47,109 bases of DNA from an uncultured Candidatus Saccharibacteria bacterium (GCA_964530925.1 CAZHBZ010000007.1:6207-53315), one strand, 5' to 3'; positions 33,355 through 42,215 are shown, counted from the stretch's first letter. Notes: generated by a model not told the origin, from the letters alone. A program made the numbers and translations.

Positions 33355-36300
33355 ATGACTAAAAAAATCATCAATTTTAAGTCGATAGCAGTCGCTTTGG
33401 CGCTGTTTTCGCTTTTTGCGGGCCCTTTAGCCTCTTTGGCCTCCGGCGCGCAATTCAATACCGACCCCTTAGATAAACCGACTCTTAGGGTTTCAAACTA
33501 TACCCAAAACCCGGGTTCCACCAATTGGTCCTCGAGTATCTCAAACGTCCATGTAGGAGATATAGTCAGTTTCGTTTTTTACTATCACAACACCGGCAAT
33601 CAAACCGCGAACAATACTCGCGCCGCCATATCATTTAATTATGGTTCGGGAGTTTCCGCGGCCGGAGTCATTTCCGCCGATAATGCTCTCTCTGCTTATG
33701 GCTCGGCATCCGTTTATCCGGCCTCCGGCGAAACTATAACTTCGCTTACTTTTGATTCCGCCGAATGGTATCCGAATCAGTCTGCGAGTCCGGTCGGAGC
33801 GCAGGGTGGTCCGACTACTTTCAACTTGGGCAATATTACTCCGGGCTGGTCTAGTCAGGGGTATTTGGTCGCGCGATATAAAACCGTGGGCCAGGGACAG
33901 CCTCCGGTCGGGTCCAACGGCGCGGCTTGTCTTTCTGTAAGCGCTCCGTCGAGCGTAAATTCGGGGCAGACTTTTTCCGCGACAATAACCATGAAAAATA
34001 CCGGAACCAAATCCTGGACGGCCGGCGCTTGGCCGGTGAGCGGTTATTTTTTGGGATCGCAAAATCCTCAGGACAATCAGACTTGGGGTTTGGGCCGCGT
34101 GGATTTGCCGTCTTCGCCCATAGCGCCCGGACAAACCGCTAATTTTTCTTTTACCGCCACCGCGCCGACAGTTTCTTCCGGCTCCAATAAAGCTTTTGCT
34201 TGGCAGATGGTTCAGGAGGCCGTGGAATGGTTTGGACAAACGTGTTCCAAAACTATTTACGTTAATCCGACTCAGGTTGCCAACCCGACTCTTACGATTT
34301 CTCCGTCCTCGGCAACGGTGAATGTCGGTTCCGGCGTAAGTTTCCATGCGAATTACGATCCGGATGGAACCGGCCCGATGTCCAGCTATGAAGTGACAGC
34401 TTCTTCCGCGTGGACTTCTTCCAATAATTCTGTCGCCAATGTATCGGGAGGATATGTGACCGGAGTTTACCAGGGTTCGGCGACTATAACCGCGACCTAT
34501 AATAATCTTTCCGCTACGGCATACGTTACCGTTAATCCGGTTTATATTCCTCCGTCCGGTTCCGCTCCGGTTGTCTCAACTAATAACGCTACCGGTATCA
34601 GCCAAAATTTTGCCACCCTGAATGGTTCCGGAACGCCAAAAGGCGCCACGACTTCTTGCTGGTTTGAATATGGCTCGAATACTGGCCTCGGACAGACCAT
34701 CGGCAATCAGTCCATTGGCTCCGGCAATTCCGCGGTTAGCTTGAGCTCCTATCTTTCCGGATTGTCCGCGAACACAACCTATTATTTCCGGGCCGCTTGT
34801 CAAAATTCCCACGGAACTACCCGCGGGTCTATCCTGAGCTTTAAGACTTCGAATAACCCGCCGGCCGGAAATCCTACCCTTACGGTTTCGCCGACTTCCG
34901 GTTCTATTTCCGCTGGCCAAAATTTCAAATTCTTCGCCTTGTATGACGCGGATGGACCGCAAGGTTCTCAGTCCGCGATAGATGTCTCTTACTCCGCGTC
35001 CTGGACTTCTTCTAACAGCTCTGTGGCAAGTGTGGCCTCCGCCGGAAATATAACTGGTGTTTCAAACGGCGCTGCCGTGATATCCGCCGTTTATTCCGGG
35101 CTGACCGCTACCGGTTCAATAAATGTTTCCGGAACTTCCGCCGGGAACGCCCCTACGGTTTCCACAAATTCCGCCACCAACATCAATCAGTCTACGGCTA
35201 CTTTGAATGGGCAGGTGAATCCGAATGGCTTTGCCACCACTTACTGGTTCGAGTATGGAACCACCCATTCTTTGGGCCAGACAACCTTTACTCAAAACGC
35301 CGGTTCCGGGACCGGAAATATTTCCGCGATTCAGAACATCTCCGGCCTTTCGCCAAATACCGCTTACTATTTCCGTCTTACCGCAGAGAATCAATACGGC
35401 ACAAGTCATGGCCAAATTCTTAGTTTTATCACTCAAAATGGGGGAGGAAGCGCTGCCACTCTTACCATCTCTCCGTCCTCGGCCACAGTGAACGTCGGTT
35501 CCGGTACTAGCTTGCGGGCTTATTACGACGCGGACGGATCCGGTTCCGGCCAACAGACGGATATCACGAACTCCGCTTTCTGGACTTCTTCCAATAATTC
35601 TGTCGCCAATGTATCGGGAGGCTATGTGACCGGAGCCTATCAGGGTTCGGCCACCATAACCGCGACTTATTCCGGTTTGAGCGCGACTGCTTACGTGAAT
35701 GTTATTGGAGGGACCCAAGGGTCCGCTCCGATAGCTTCTACTAATGGAGCGACGAACATCGCTCAAAACTACGCGACTTTGAATGGACTTGTGAATCCAA
35801 ACAACGCCGCCACCACTTATTGGTTCGAGTATGGAACCACCTATTCTTTGGGCCAGACAGCGGGTAATCAATCCATTGGTTCTGGTAGTTCGGCGCAAAA
35901 CGTTTCTTACGCCGTTTATGGATTGAACGCGAATACCACTTATTACTTTAGAGTGGTCGCGCAGAATCAATACGGAACGAACCAGGGTCAAATCTTGAGC
36001 TTTGTGACCAACGGTTCCGGCGGCTGCACTTATAACTGCGGCGGCTCAGCTCCGATAGTCACCACGAATTACGTTAGCAACTTGAACCTGAATTCGGCGA
36101 CGATGAATGGGACGGTAAATCCAAATGGTTCCAATACCAATTACTGGTTTGAATACGGGCAGACTTCGTCTTTAGGACAGACTACCGGCTTCCAATATCT
36201 TGGAAATTATTCCGGGCCGCAAAATGTTTCCGCGCAAATCTATAATCTTTTGAGCAACATGAACTACTACTATCGGGTAGTCGCTCAAAATTCTTACGGC

Positions 36301-37590
36301 ACTACTTACGGGTCCGTCTATAATTTCACTACCGGCAATAACAACCAGGGGAACTGCAATTACAACGGGGGCGGTTATTATGGAAACGGCGCGCCATGTG
36401 TCGAGACTCTGACCCCGACAAATCTTGGGAATAATTACGCCACCTTCAACGCGCGGCTTTATTCGAACGGCAATGGAAGCGATTCTATTGTTGGCTGGTT
36501 CGAATACGGAATAAATTCGAATTCCCTGACTTACACCACGAATAATAGTTTTATTCCGTCTTACGCCACCAATTACAACTTTTCGAATGGCGTGACTAAT
36601 CTGACGGAGAATACCAGCTATTATGTTCGCGCGGTCGCGCGGAATAGCTACGGCACTTCTTACGGTCAAACCTATCAGTTTTCCACTACCGGAAACGGAG
36701 GCGGGACTAATTTGCCCGCGGTCCTGACCAAACCAGCCACTTATGTGGGCCGAAACTCCGCGCTTTTAAATGGTTCGGCGAATCCGAATTCTGGAGTGGG
36801 CAATGCTTGGTTTGAATACGGCCCCACCGCCTCTCTTGGGCTCAGGACCAACATGCAGCCTGTCGGCTCCGGCAATTCTTACGTGGATACCGCTTTCGCC
36901 TTGACGAGCTTGCTTCAAAACACGACCTACTATTTCCGCATCGTGGCCCAGACCCCCGCGGGAACGAGTTACGGTTCAATCTTGCGCTTTACTACCACCG
37001 GGGGGACCGTCGTCCCGCCGGTTAATCCTCCGATTGAGCCCCCAATAGTGGTCGGAAGTTCTTGTCTCAAGCTTTCTCCGGCAATCTATCCGTCTTCCGG
37101 AATAACCGCCGGCGATGAGGTTGTCTACACTCTTACCTATAAGAACGATTGTGGTTATGATCTCTCGAACGCCGCGCTTCAGATAGTTTTGCCCCTTGAA
37201 GCGAGCTTCTTGGCTTCCAATAATTCTTTTGCCAGCAAAAACTCCAACACGCTTTCCTATAACTTTGGTCTGGTTCAGGCCGGTTATCAGGGGGTTGTAG
37301 AAATAAGAAGTAAGATCGGCAATAACGTGGAGAAGGGCGACTCCTTGGTTTATGGCTCCACCATGAACTGGACGGATAAGAAAGGGAAGTTCCAAACGAC
37401 TTCCGCCTATATCACCGCGCTTGTTGGCGCAGGAGCTGTGGCCGGACTTGCGTCGTTGCTTTCAATCTTCGGCGGTTGGGGCTGGCTCTGGCTGTTGCTC
37501 TTGCTTCTCGTAATCTTTGCCATCTATTGGCTCTTCTTCCGCAAGGAGGAAAAAACCGCGGTGCAAAAGATAGAGCAAAGCATCGCCTAA
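33355..37590 (+). CDS. 1411-aa repeat-rich cell-surface protein
   Basis: Signal peptide, NBR1-like Ig segment (SGQTFSATITMKNTGTKSW), three Big_2-like modules, six WFEYG-type FN3-like modules, DUF11-like C-terminal domain, and a C-terminal TM anchor LWLLLLLLVIFAIYWLFF. Confidence 0.9.
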   Translation: MTKKIINFKSIAVALALFSLFAGPLASLASGAQFNTDPLDKPTLRVSNYTQNPGSTNWSSSISNVHVGDIVSFVFYYHNTGNQTANNTRAAISFNYGSGVSAAGVISADNALSAYGSASVYPASGETITSLTFDSAEWYPNQSASPVGAQGGPTTFNLGNITPGWSSQGYLVARYKTVGQGQPPVGSNGAACLSVSAPSSVNSGQTFSATITMKNTGTKSWTAGAWPVSGYFLGSQNPQDNQTWGLGRVDLPSSPIAPGQTANFSFTATAPTVSSGSNKAFAWQMVQEAVEWFGQTCSKTIYVNPTQVANPTLTISPSSATVNVGSGVSFHANYDPDGTGPMSSYEVTASSAWTSSNNSVANVSGGYVTGVYQGSATITATYNNLSATAYVTVNPVYIPPSGSAPVVSTNNATGISQNFATLNGSGTPKGATTSCWFEYGSNTGLGQTIGNQSIGSGNSAVSLSSYLSGLSANTTYYFRAACQNSHGTTRGSILSFKTSNNPPAGNPTLTVSPTSGSISAGQNFKFFALYDADGPQGSQSAIDVSYSASWTSSNSSVASVASAGNITGVSNGAAVISAVYSGLTATGSINVSGTSAGNAPTVSTNSATNINQSTATLNGQVNPNGFATTYWFEYGTTHSLGQTTFTQNAGSGTGNISAIQNISGLSPNTAYYFRLTAENQYGTSHGQILSFITQNGGGSAATLTISPSSATVNVGSGTSLRAYYDADGSGSGQQTDITNSAFWTSSNNSVANVSGGYVTGAYQGSATITATYSGLSATAYVNVIGGTQGSAPIASTNGATNIAQNYATLNGLVNPNNAATTYWFEYGTTYSLGQTAGNQSIGSGSSAQNVSYAVYGLNANTTYYFRVVAQNQYGTNQGQILSFVTNGSGGCTYNCGGSAPIVTTNYVSNLNLNSATMNGTVNPNGSNTNYWFEYGQTSSLGQTTGFQYLGNYSGPQNVSAQIYNLLSNMNYYYRVVAQNSYGTTYGSVYNFTTGNNNQGNCNYNGGGYYGNGAPCVETLTPTNLGNNYATFNARLYSNGNGSDSIVGWFEYGINSNSLTYTTNNSFIPSYATNYNFSNGVTNLTENTSYYVRAVARNSYGTSYGQTYQFSTTGNGGGTNLPAVLTKPATYVGRNSALLNGSANPNSGVGNAWFEYGPTASLGLRTNMQPVGSGNSYVDTAFALTSLLQNTTYYFRIVAQTPAGTSYGSILRFTTTGGTVVPPVNPPIEPPIVVGSSCLKLSPAIYPSSGITAGDEVVYTLTYKNDCGYDLSNAALQIVLPLEASFLASNNSFASKNSNTLSYNFGLVQAGYQGVVEIRSKIGNNVEKGDSLVYGSTMNWTDKKGKFQTTSAYITALVGAGAVAGLASLLSIFGGWGWLWLLLLLLVIFAIYWLFFRKEEKTAVQKIEQSIA
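34288..35710 (+). repeat. near-identical internal repeat pair (34288-34540 versus 35458-35710, 1170-bp offset) inside the surface-protein gene
   Basis: For example, TGGACTTCTTCCAATAATTCTGTCGCCAATGTATCGGGAGG is identical at 34411 and 35581. Confidence 0.85.
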
Positions 37591-37601
37591 AACCTCAAAA
37601 T

Positions 37602-37630
37602 AAAAAACATCCCAACCGGGATGTTTTTTT
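37602..37630. terminator. bidirectional terminator
   Basis: AAAAAACATCCC-AACC-GGGATGTTTTTT between convergent genes. Confidence 0.7.
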
Positions 37631-38135
37631 ATTTCTTGAGCGCCTCAATGTCCTTGAGCAATTTTTGGAGCTGGACCTCGATGTTTCCTAGCGCCTGATT
37701 TTGCTTTTCGTCTATTTGGTCGTCGAGAACAGCGTCTTCCTGTATCTTGTCTACGTCTTTGGAAATCTCTTCCACATCTTCTCCAATTTCCTTAACTTCT
37801 TCTTGAACTTCCTCCACATCTTCGGAAATCTCTTCCACATCTTCGCTTATTTCTTCCACATCTTCCTGAATCTCTTCCACATCCTCCCCGACTTCTTCGA
37901 TGCTTTCTGTCGCCCGATTTACCGTCATTTGGATGAATATTGAAAAATATATTGCTTCGAGCGAAACGAAGGTGGTTAGCGTCAAAAGAACCTTATCAGC
38001 GGGAAGGCCCGCGAAAATAAGCGCGAAGGCCGCTATAAAAATAATAGTGTGTACGATAAGCGAGGGCACTGAGCCCAGCCACTTGGTGGATATGTCCGCG
38101 AATTTGGAACGATTTTCTTTGTTTGAGCGGTTCAT
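37629..38135 (-). CDS. DUF1003-like membrane protein with acidic heptad-repeat tail
   Basis: VSLEAIYFSIFIQMTVNR resembles the DUF1003 core; followed by (E/K)DVEEI(S/Q) x7. Confidence 0.75.
   Translation of the reverse strand: MNRSNKENRSKFADISTKWLGSVPSLIVHTIIFIAAFALIFAGLPADKVLLTLTTFVSLEAIYFSIFIQMTVNRATESIEEVGEDVEEIQEDVEEISEDVEEISEDVEEVQEEVKEIGEDVEEISKDVDKIQEDAVLDDQIDEKQNQALGNIEVQLQKLLKDIEALKK
37737..37889 (-). repeat. about 7 tandem 21-bp (7-aa) repeats encoding GEDVEEI/QEDVEEI/SEDVEEI...
   Basis: Read from the protein and from the repeated ATCTCTTCCACATCTTC DNA units. Confidence 0.85.
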
Positions 38136-38145
38136 CGGGACGTAA

Positions 38146-38460
38146 TTATACCCCGAGTACGGCTAAGATGTAAACAAGCGAAATTGCGGCGAGAAATACG
38201 GCGCTCCAGATAATCACGCCGGCGGCTTCTCGCTTTTTTCCTTCCATAAAAAGGGAAAACGGATAGCCGAATACAATTATTCCGCAGATAAGCGCCGAAG
38301 TGGAAAAGGCCAGGAGGAATATTGCCATTGCGACCATTGGCGCCGGATCCGTATCGCCGGCAAAAAAACGAAATTTCTCCGCGAGAAAAGCGAACGCGGC
38401 TATATACAAAGCGACTCCGGCGGCTTCGGCCGCGCCTATCTTCCAAGATTTATGTTTCAT
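38146..38460 (-). CDS. small 3-TM membrane protein (104 aa)
   Basis: Hydrophobic profile. Preferred over the overlapping Arg-rich frame 38132-38446. Confidence 0.6.
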   Translation of the reverse strand: MKHKSWKIGAAEAAGVALYIAAFAFLAEKFRFFAGDTDPAPMVAMAIFLLAFSTSALICGIIVFGYPFSLFMEGKKREAAGVIIWSAVFLAAISLVYILAVLGV

Positions 38461-38466
38461 ATTCGC

Positions 38467-38475
38467 ATTTTATCA
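38467..38475 (-). promoter_or_regulatory. extended -10 placed 6 nt before the ATG at 38460 (leaderless layout)
   Basis: Minus strand: TGaTAAAAT-gcgaat-ATG. Confidence 0.5.
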
Positions 38476-38499
38476 GATTTATTAAAATTTTGCCCGTCT

Positions 38500-38508
38500 T
38501 GCTATACT
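38500..38508 (+). promoter_or_regulatory. extended -10 placed 6 nt before the ATG at 38515 (leaderless layout)
   Basis: TGcTATACT-taaatc-ATG. Confidence 0.5.
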
Positions 38509-38514
38509 TAAATC

Positions 38515-38934
38515 ATGAATTGGATATTTTACGGGCTTCTTTCCGCGATTTGCGCCGCGCTGGTCGCCGTCCTGGGAAAAATTGGCATAGCTCATCTTGA
38601 TTCAGTTCTGGCTACTACGGTGAGAGGTGTGATTATGGCCGCGTTCTTGGTTTTAGCCGCTCTATTTTTGGGAAAGGCTCCGCAACTTGCCTCTATCGAC
38701 TCCCGGGCCCTTTTCTATATCGTTCTTTCCGCTATTGCCGGAGGGTTGTCATGGCTCTTTTATTTTTACGCCTTAAAAAATGGACCGGTTGGCGGGGTCG
38801 TGGCCCTGGACAGGTTGAGCTTGGCTCTAGCGGTCATCTTAGCCGCGATATTTTTGGGCGAAAAACTTTCCTGGACTATGGCTGCTGGCGTGATCTTGAT
38901 GGTCGGGGGAGCGCTGCTCATTGTCGCGAAATAA
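38515..38934 (+). CDS. small EamA/DMT-superfamily transporter subunit
   Basis: 139 aa, 4-5 TM helices, EamA-like pattern (LGKIGI...FYALKNGP). Confidence 0.75.
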   Translation: MNWIFYGLLSAICAALVAVLGKIGIAHLDSVLATTVRGVIMAAFLVLAALFLGKAPQLASIDSRALFYIVLSAIAGGLSWLFYFYALKNGPVGGVVALDRLSLALAVILAAIFLGEKLSWTMAAGVILMVGGALLIVAK

Positions 38935-38957
38935 TTGGTTATGTAATAATTAATCCC

Positions 38958-39323
38958 ATGGATGACATTATATTGAATAACGACGAGGATAACGCTGAGG
39001 GGTCGGTTGTCGGCGGAGAAGCGGGAGAGGAATCTCTTGAAGATGCGGATTTGTCTGCCGCCGAGGCAGAGCGGGTGGAAGACATGGACCCGGAGACTCA
39101 ACTAATACTGAAATTGGATTTGGAGGGAAAGCTTAAGGCCGGGAAGAAACTTTCGGAAGAAGAGATGAAGCTCGCCGAAGAATTGATGGGCGACGATATT
39201 TTAAAATACCTGGACGAGCACAAAAAAGAAGAAAGCCCCGCGCCAAAAAATCCGCTTCCCGAAGAGGAAGAAGAGGAGATCGAAGTCGCGATATTGAGGA
39301 AGGTTTTGGGCGAAGAGAAATAG
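38958..39323 (+). CDS. highly acidic hypothetical protein (121 aa)
   Basis: Internal ATG at 38958, just after the EamA stop. Glu/Asp-rich. Confidence 0.5.
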   Translation: MDDIILNNDEDNAEGSVVGGEAGEESLEDADLSAAEAERVEDMDPETQLILKLDLEGKLKAGKKLSEEEMKLAEELMGDDILKYLDEHKKEESPAPKNPLPEEEEEEIEVAILRKVLGEEK

Positions 39324-39330
39324 TTTTCGA

Positions 39331-39358
39331 AAGCGGGCCTACAGGCTCGCTTTTTTGT
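39331..39358 (+). terminator. hairpin terminator
   Basis: AAGCGGGCC-TAC-AGGCTCGCTT (one mismatch) followed by TTTTTG. Confidence 0.6.
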
Positions 39359-39360
39359 TT

Positions 39361-39840
39361 CTATATTGTTAGAGCCTCCAGTCCTTTTTTCTTTATCGAA
39401 TATTCGTAGAGAACCAAGGCCACTATCGCTACATCGAGAGCGGTGATGGCAAAGAGGGCGAAGGACCAGGCGGAGAGCAATTGATACGCCTGATAGAAGA
39501 TAAACAATGTAAAGACGAACGCCGAGGTGGGGTAAGACCAAAGTCTTTCTTTCCAAAGCCCGCCGATTAAAAGAAGCTTTATTATCCCATGCGAAAGGAA
39601 AACAAAGGCCCAAACTCCTTCACCGGAAGCCGAAAGGTCATTTAATCCCGCGGCGACTATCTGCCAAAACCAATCTCCGGAGTTTTCTTTGAGTTTTCCC
39701 CAGAGGATTGAATTGATCAAAGAATAGATTGAGGCATGGCTCATAAATAAAAAAGCCGCGCCGGCGACAATCTCGATCGCGCCGATAACCGCTTTAAACG
39801 CGATTCCAATTTTATAGATCAGGTGATAAACGCCCTCCAT
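39361..39840 (-). CDS. DUF2127-like membrane protein
   Basis: 159 aa, 4 TM helices, N-terminal IYKIGIAFKAVIGAIEIVAG pattern. Confidence 0.65.
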   Translation of the reverse strand: MEGVYHLIYKIGIAFKAVIGAIEIVAGAAFLFMSHASIYSLINSILWGKLKENSGDWFWQIVAAGLNDLSASGEGVWAFVFLSHGIIKLLLIGGLWKERLWSYPTSAFVFTLFIFYQAYQLLSAWSFALFAITALDVAIVALVLYEYSIKKKGLEALTI

Positions 39841-39866
39841 TTCCTTTTAAGCATATCACTGGCGGT

Positions 39867-39901
39867 AAAACAAAAATACCCCGAAGGGGTATTTTTGTTT
39901 T
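39867..39901 (-). terminator. terminator after the cupin gene, perfect 16-bp stem
   Basis: AAAACAAAAATACCCC-GAA-GGGGTATTTTTGTTTT. Confidence 0.8.
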
Positions 39902-39912
39902 GTGGAATTCGC

Positions 39913-40311
39913 TTATTCCGTAGTCTGCCCGTCAAAATCTTCTTCGCTTGCCATCGCTTCTTCTTTTGTCGCGTGTATCGTGCCGTTCTTGTGGTGGGCG
40001 GGGGAATAGATGGTGTAAAGCTTCAACTCTTCGGTTTCGGAAGTGTTGATTATGTTATGTTCCGCTCCGGCTGGAACGATAACGACCGAGCCGTCGGTAA
40101 GCGCGTACTCATTTCCGTCTATCAGAGCCTTGCCGGTCCCTTTTTCGAAGCGTAGGAATTGGTCGTTCTCCGGATGCGTTTCCATGCCGATTTCCTCTTT
40201 TGGCCCGAGGCTCATCAAAACGAGCTGGCTATGATGTCCGGTATAAAGAACTTTCCGGAAATTATTGTTTTCAAGCGTGTCTTTTTCAATATTTGAATTA
40301 AATCCTTTCAT
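39913..40311 (-). CDS. cupin-domain protein
   Basis: GMETHPENDQFLRFEKGTG...VVIVPAGAEHNIIN (cupin_2 His/Glu motifs). Confidence 0.85.
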   Translation of the reverse strand: MKGFNSNIEKDTLENNNFRKVLYTGHHSQLVLMSLGPKEEIGMETHPENDQFLRFEKGTGKALIDGNEYALTDGSVVIVPAGAEHNIINTSETEELKLYTIYSPAHHKNGTIHATKEEAMASEEDFDGQTTE

Positions 40312-40382
40312 TTGTTTTTATTTTGATTGCTTGCGACTTTAGTTAATCATATCACTTTTGGCCGGCTCCGATTGATTCGTGG

Positions 40383-40628
40383 TTATTTTTCGCCGGGGAG
40401 AAGCTCGTCGAACGCTTCCGGTTGGAAGCCGACGATTATTTTCCCGTCTATGTCTATAACCGGCACGCCCATCTGGCCGCTTTTTTCCACCATTTCTCTC
40501 GCGGCCGCCATGTCGTGGCTTACGTCCACATCTTTGAATTCCTGGCCCCTGGATGCCAGATATTTTTTTGCCATTACGCAGTAAGGGCAGGTTGGGGTCG
40601 AGTATACAGTTACGTTATGTTTATTCAT
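40383..40628 (-). CDS. glutaredoxin-family protein
   Basis: VTVYSTPTCPYCVMAKKYL, 81 aa. Confidence 0.88.
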   Translation of the reverse strand: MNKHNVTVYSTPTCPYCVMAKKYLASRGQEFKDVDVSHDMAAAREMVEKSGQMGVPVIDIDGKIIVGFQPEAFDELLPGEK

Positions 40629-40902
40629 TATTTTTATATTTACAGATTAGTTTTTTTAAGTCGTTTGTGAACGGCGAAGGTTTTATTTCGTAGCAGATCT
40701 TTTTTCCATGTCGGACCGGGCGGGTTATTCCAGCCTTGCTCATGGCTCTTAGATGGTGGGAGGTGATGGCCGGGCTGGCGCGGTCGAGTTTCGCAAGGTC
40801 GGATACGCAGATATTCTTCCGTTCAAAAAGCTCGCAAAGGATTTTGAGCCGGCTTGGTTCGCCCGCGGTTTTTATTATCTTCGCCATATCATTCAAACGC
40901 AT
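40621..40902 (-). CDS. ArsR/SmtB-family transcriptional regulator
   Basis: RLKILCELFE...CVSDLAKLDRASPAITSHHLRAMSKAG. 8-nt overlap with the downstream grx gene. Confidence 0.88.
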   Translation of the reverse strand: MRLNDMAKIIKTAGEPSRLKILCELFERKNICVSDLAKLDRASPAITSHHLRAMSKAGITRPVRHGKKICYEIKPSPFTNDLKKLICKYKNNE

Positions 40903-40913
40903 ATTTGAATGAT
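40888..40913. promoter_or_regulatory. perfect 10-6-10 inverted repeat over the arsR start codon (candidate ArsR operator)
   Basis: ATCATTCAAA-cgcata-TTTGAATGAT. Confidence 0.5.
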
Positions 40914-40966
40914 AGCGTAGGGATAAAACCGGGTCAAGAGTCGCTTTGCCGGCTTATTTTCGGAAG

Positions 40967-41314
40967 TCAGGATCTTCGCAAAAACTTAAGAAGTGTCGGG
41001 ATGTGGGAATGTTCTATATCTTTAACCGCGGTAATAAGGGTGGTGTTCTTCTGGAATTTTAAGATTAACTGGCGGAGTACTTTTTTGTTGGCGGAAAGTT
41101 CCTTGGCATATTTTTTCTGGAAATCTTTAAATCGGCGTTCGGGGTCGGCATGGAACCAGCTCCTGAGTTCATTGGATGGCGTTAAGTCTTTGGCCCAAAC
41201 CGTTATTTTTGCTTTTGCCTTGCTTATACCTCTCGGCCAAAGTCGATCTACCAATACGCGTTCTCCATCCGCTTTTGATGTGGGGTCGTAGACCCGCTTA
41301 ACTTTGAATGTCAT
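40967..41314 (-). CDS. DUF488 domain protein
   Basis: VKRVYDP...DRLWPRGISK...WAKDLTPSNELRSWF. Confidence 0.85.
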   Translation of the reverse strand: MTFKVKRVYDPTSKADGERVLVDRLWPRGISKAKAKITVWAKDLTPSNELRSWFHADPERRFKDFQKKYAKELSANKKVLRQLILKFQKNTTLITAVKDIEHSHIPTLLKFLRRS

Positions 41315-41361
41315 AGATTTATTGACGCACAATAGTTGGCTTTTTAGCTTTTGCCCCCTCT

Positions 41362-41682
41362 TCAAACTTTTGGAAGATATTTCCTACTCAAGAAAAGAGC
41401 GCCGATTACTATAGCAGGAAGAGATACGATTACCGATTCAAAATCGGATAGAGCGAACAAGAGAACTCCGGCCGAGAGGAATAACCAACCCCCGAGAACC
41501 TCGTTTTTCCAGGAGAGAATAACTATTCCGAGAAGTAGAAGGGATGGCAGGAGGTGCATGAGGAGCGGGAGAGCGATCGCCCAGCCGCTGTATTCGGAAA
41601 ATACGTCGAGCGAGAACACGGATATAAAAAGAACGAATCCGATGCCTAAGATTCTTGGCAGCCAATAAAGAATTTTATTCAT
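41362..41682 (-). CDS. small 3-TM membrane protein (106 aa)
   Basis: Internal ATG at 41682 (MNKILYWLPRILGIGFVLF). Confidence 0.55.
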   Translation of the reverse strand: MNKILYWLPRILGIGFVLFISVFSLDVFSEYSGWAIALPLLMHLLPSLLLLGIVILSWKNEVLGGWLFLSAGVLLFALSDFESVIVSLPAIVIGALFLSRKYLPKV

Positions 41683-41687
41683 GACAA

Positions 41688-41972
41688 TTATATGTTTTCG
41701 GCGAATATTCTCCCGTCGAGTGTCGCGCATTGCGGCGGGTTGGATTTCATAATGGGGAAGCCGGCCGCCACGCATTCCTCGTAATTAGTGATTAGCTTCA
41801 TGAGTTCCAGACATCTGTCGCGGCTTCCAGTGTCGCTTTTGGGAAGACATTCCTGGAGCTCAATGGCCAAATCTATTTTTTCGGCGCCGGGCGGACGCCA
41901 AAGGAACGCGATAATAATTGCCGTAAAAATAACGACTATTACCGCAATTAAGACCATGGTTTTTTTACTCAT
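41688..41972 (-). CDS. small membrane-anchored Cys-containing protein (94 aa)
   Basis: N-terminal TM helix and 4 Cys. TATGAT lies 6 nt before the ATG. Confidence 0.55.
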   Translation of the reverse strand: MSKKTMVLIAVIVVIFTAIIIAFLWRPPGAEKIDLAIELQECLPKSDTGSRDRCLELMKLITNYEECVAAGFPIMKSNPPQCATLDGRIFAENI

Positions 41973-42014
41973 ATTTTAATCATACAACATTTCAATTTGC
42001 GCCGATGCGGCTCT

Positions 42015-42209
42015 TTAGGATAACGAAAATAGCTTATCCACGGATGTTTTGAACTCTTTCGCGAGGCCAAGGGCCAAAAGAAGCGAAGGATTATATTTCC
42101 CCTGCTCCAAAAAAACGATAGTCTCCCTGCGGACGCCAACACGCCTCGCAAGCTCCTCTTGGGTCAGATTATATTTGGCGCGGAATTCCTTAACGCGGTT
42201 TTTAATCAT
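42015..42209 (-). CDS. XRE-family HTH transcriptional regulator (64 aa)
   Basis: [37 protein letters not shown]. Confidence 0.88.
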   Translation of the reverse strand: MIKNRVKEFRAKYNLTQEELARRVGVRRETIVFLEQGKYNPSLLLALGLAKEFKTSVDKLFSLS

Positions 42210-42215
42210 GGATTT

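Noticed and set aside
33631-37395. Long antisense and alternative-frame ORFs inside the giant surface-protein gene (33631-34347, 34576-34962, 35116-35991, 36172-36669, 36976-37395)
   Set aside because: They lie entirely within a well-supported 1411-aa CDS. Their products are low-complexity and Arg/Gly/Ser-rich, and they lack starts with an SD or promoter. They are a by-product of the repetitive, stop-poor composition.
38132-38446. Alternative frame (Arg-rich, 104 aa) overlapping the 38146-38460 membrane-protein ORF
   Set aside because: The other frame gives clean TM helices and has a -10 element 6 nt before its ATG. The Arg-rich product looks like a frame artefact.
31437-39901. Sequence similarity between the long hairpins at 31437-31480 and 39867-39901 (shared AACAAAAAT..CCCC), and CCACAAACAAAAAT also present after tRNA-Ala (22575-22588)
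   Set aside because: An A-run, a GC clamp and a T-run are the generic build of bidirectional terminators. The shared 9-14 nt are low-complexity and do not show a dispersed repeat family.
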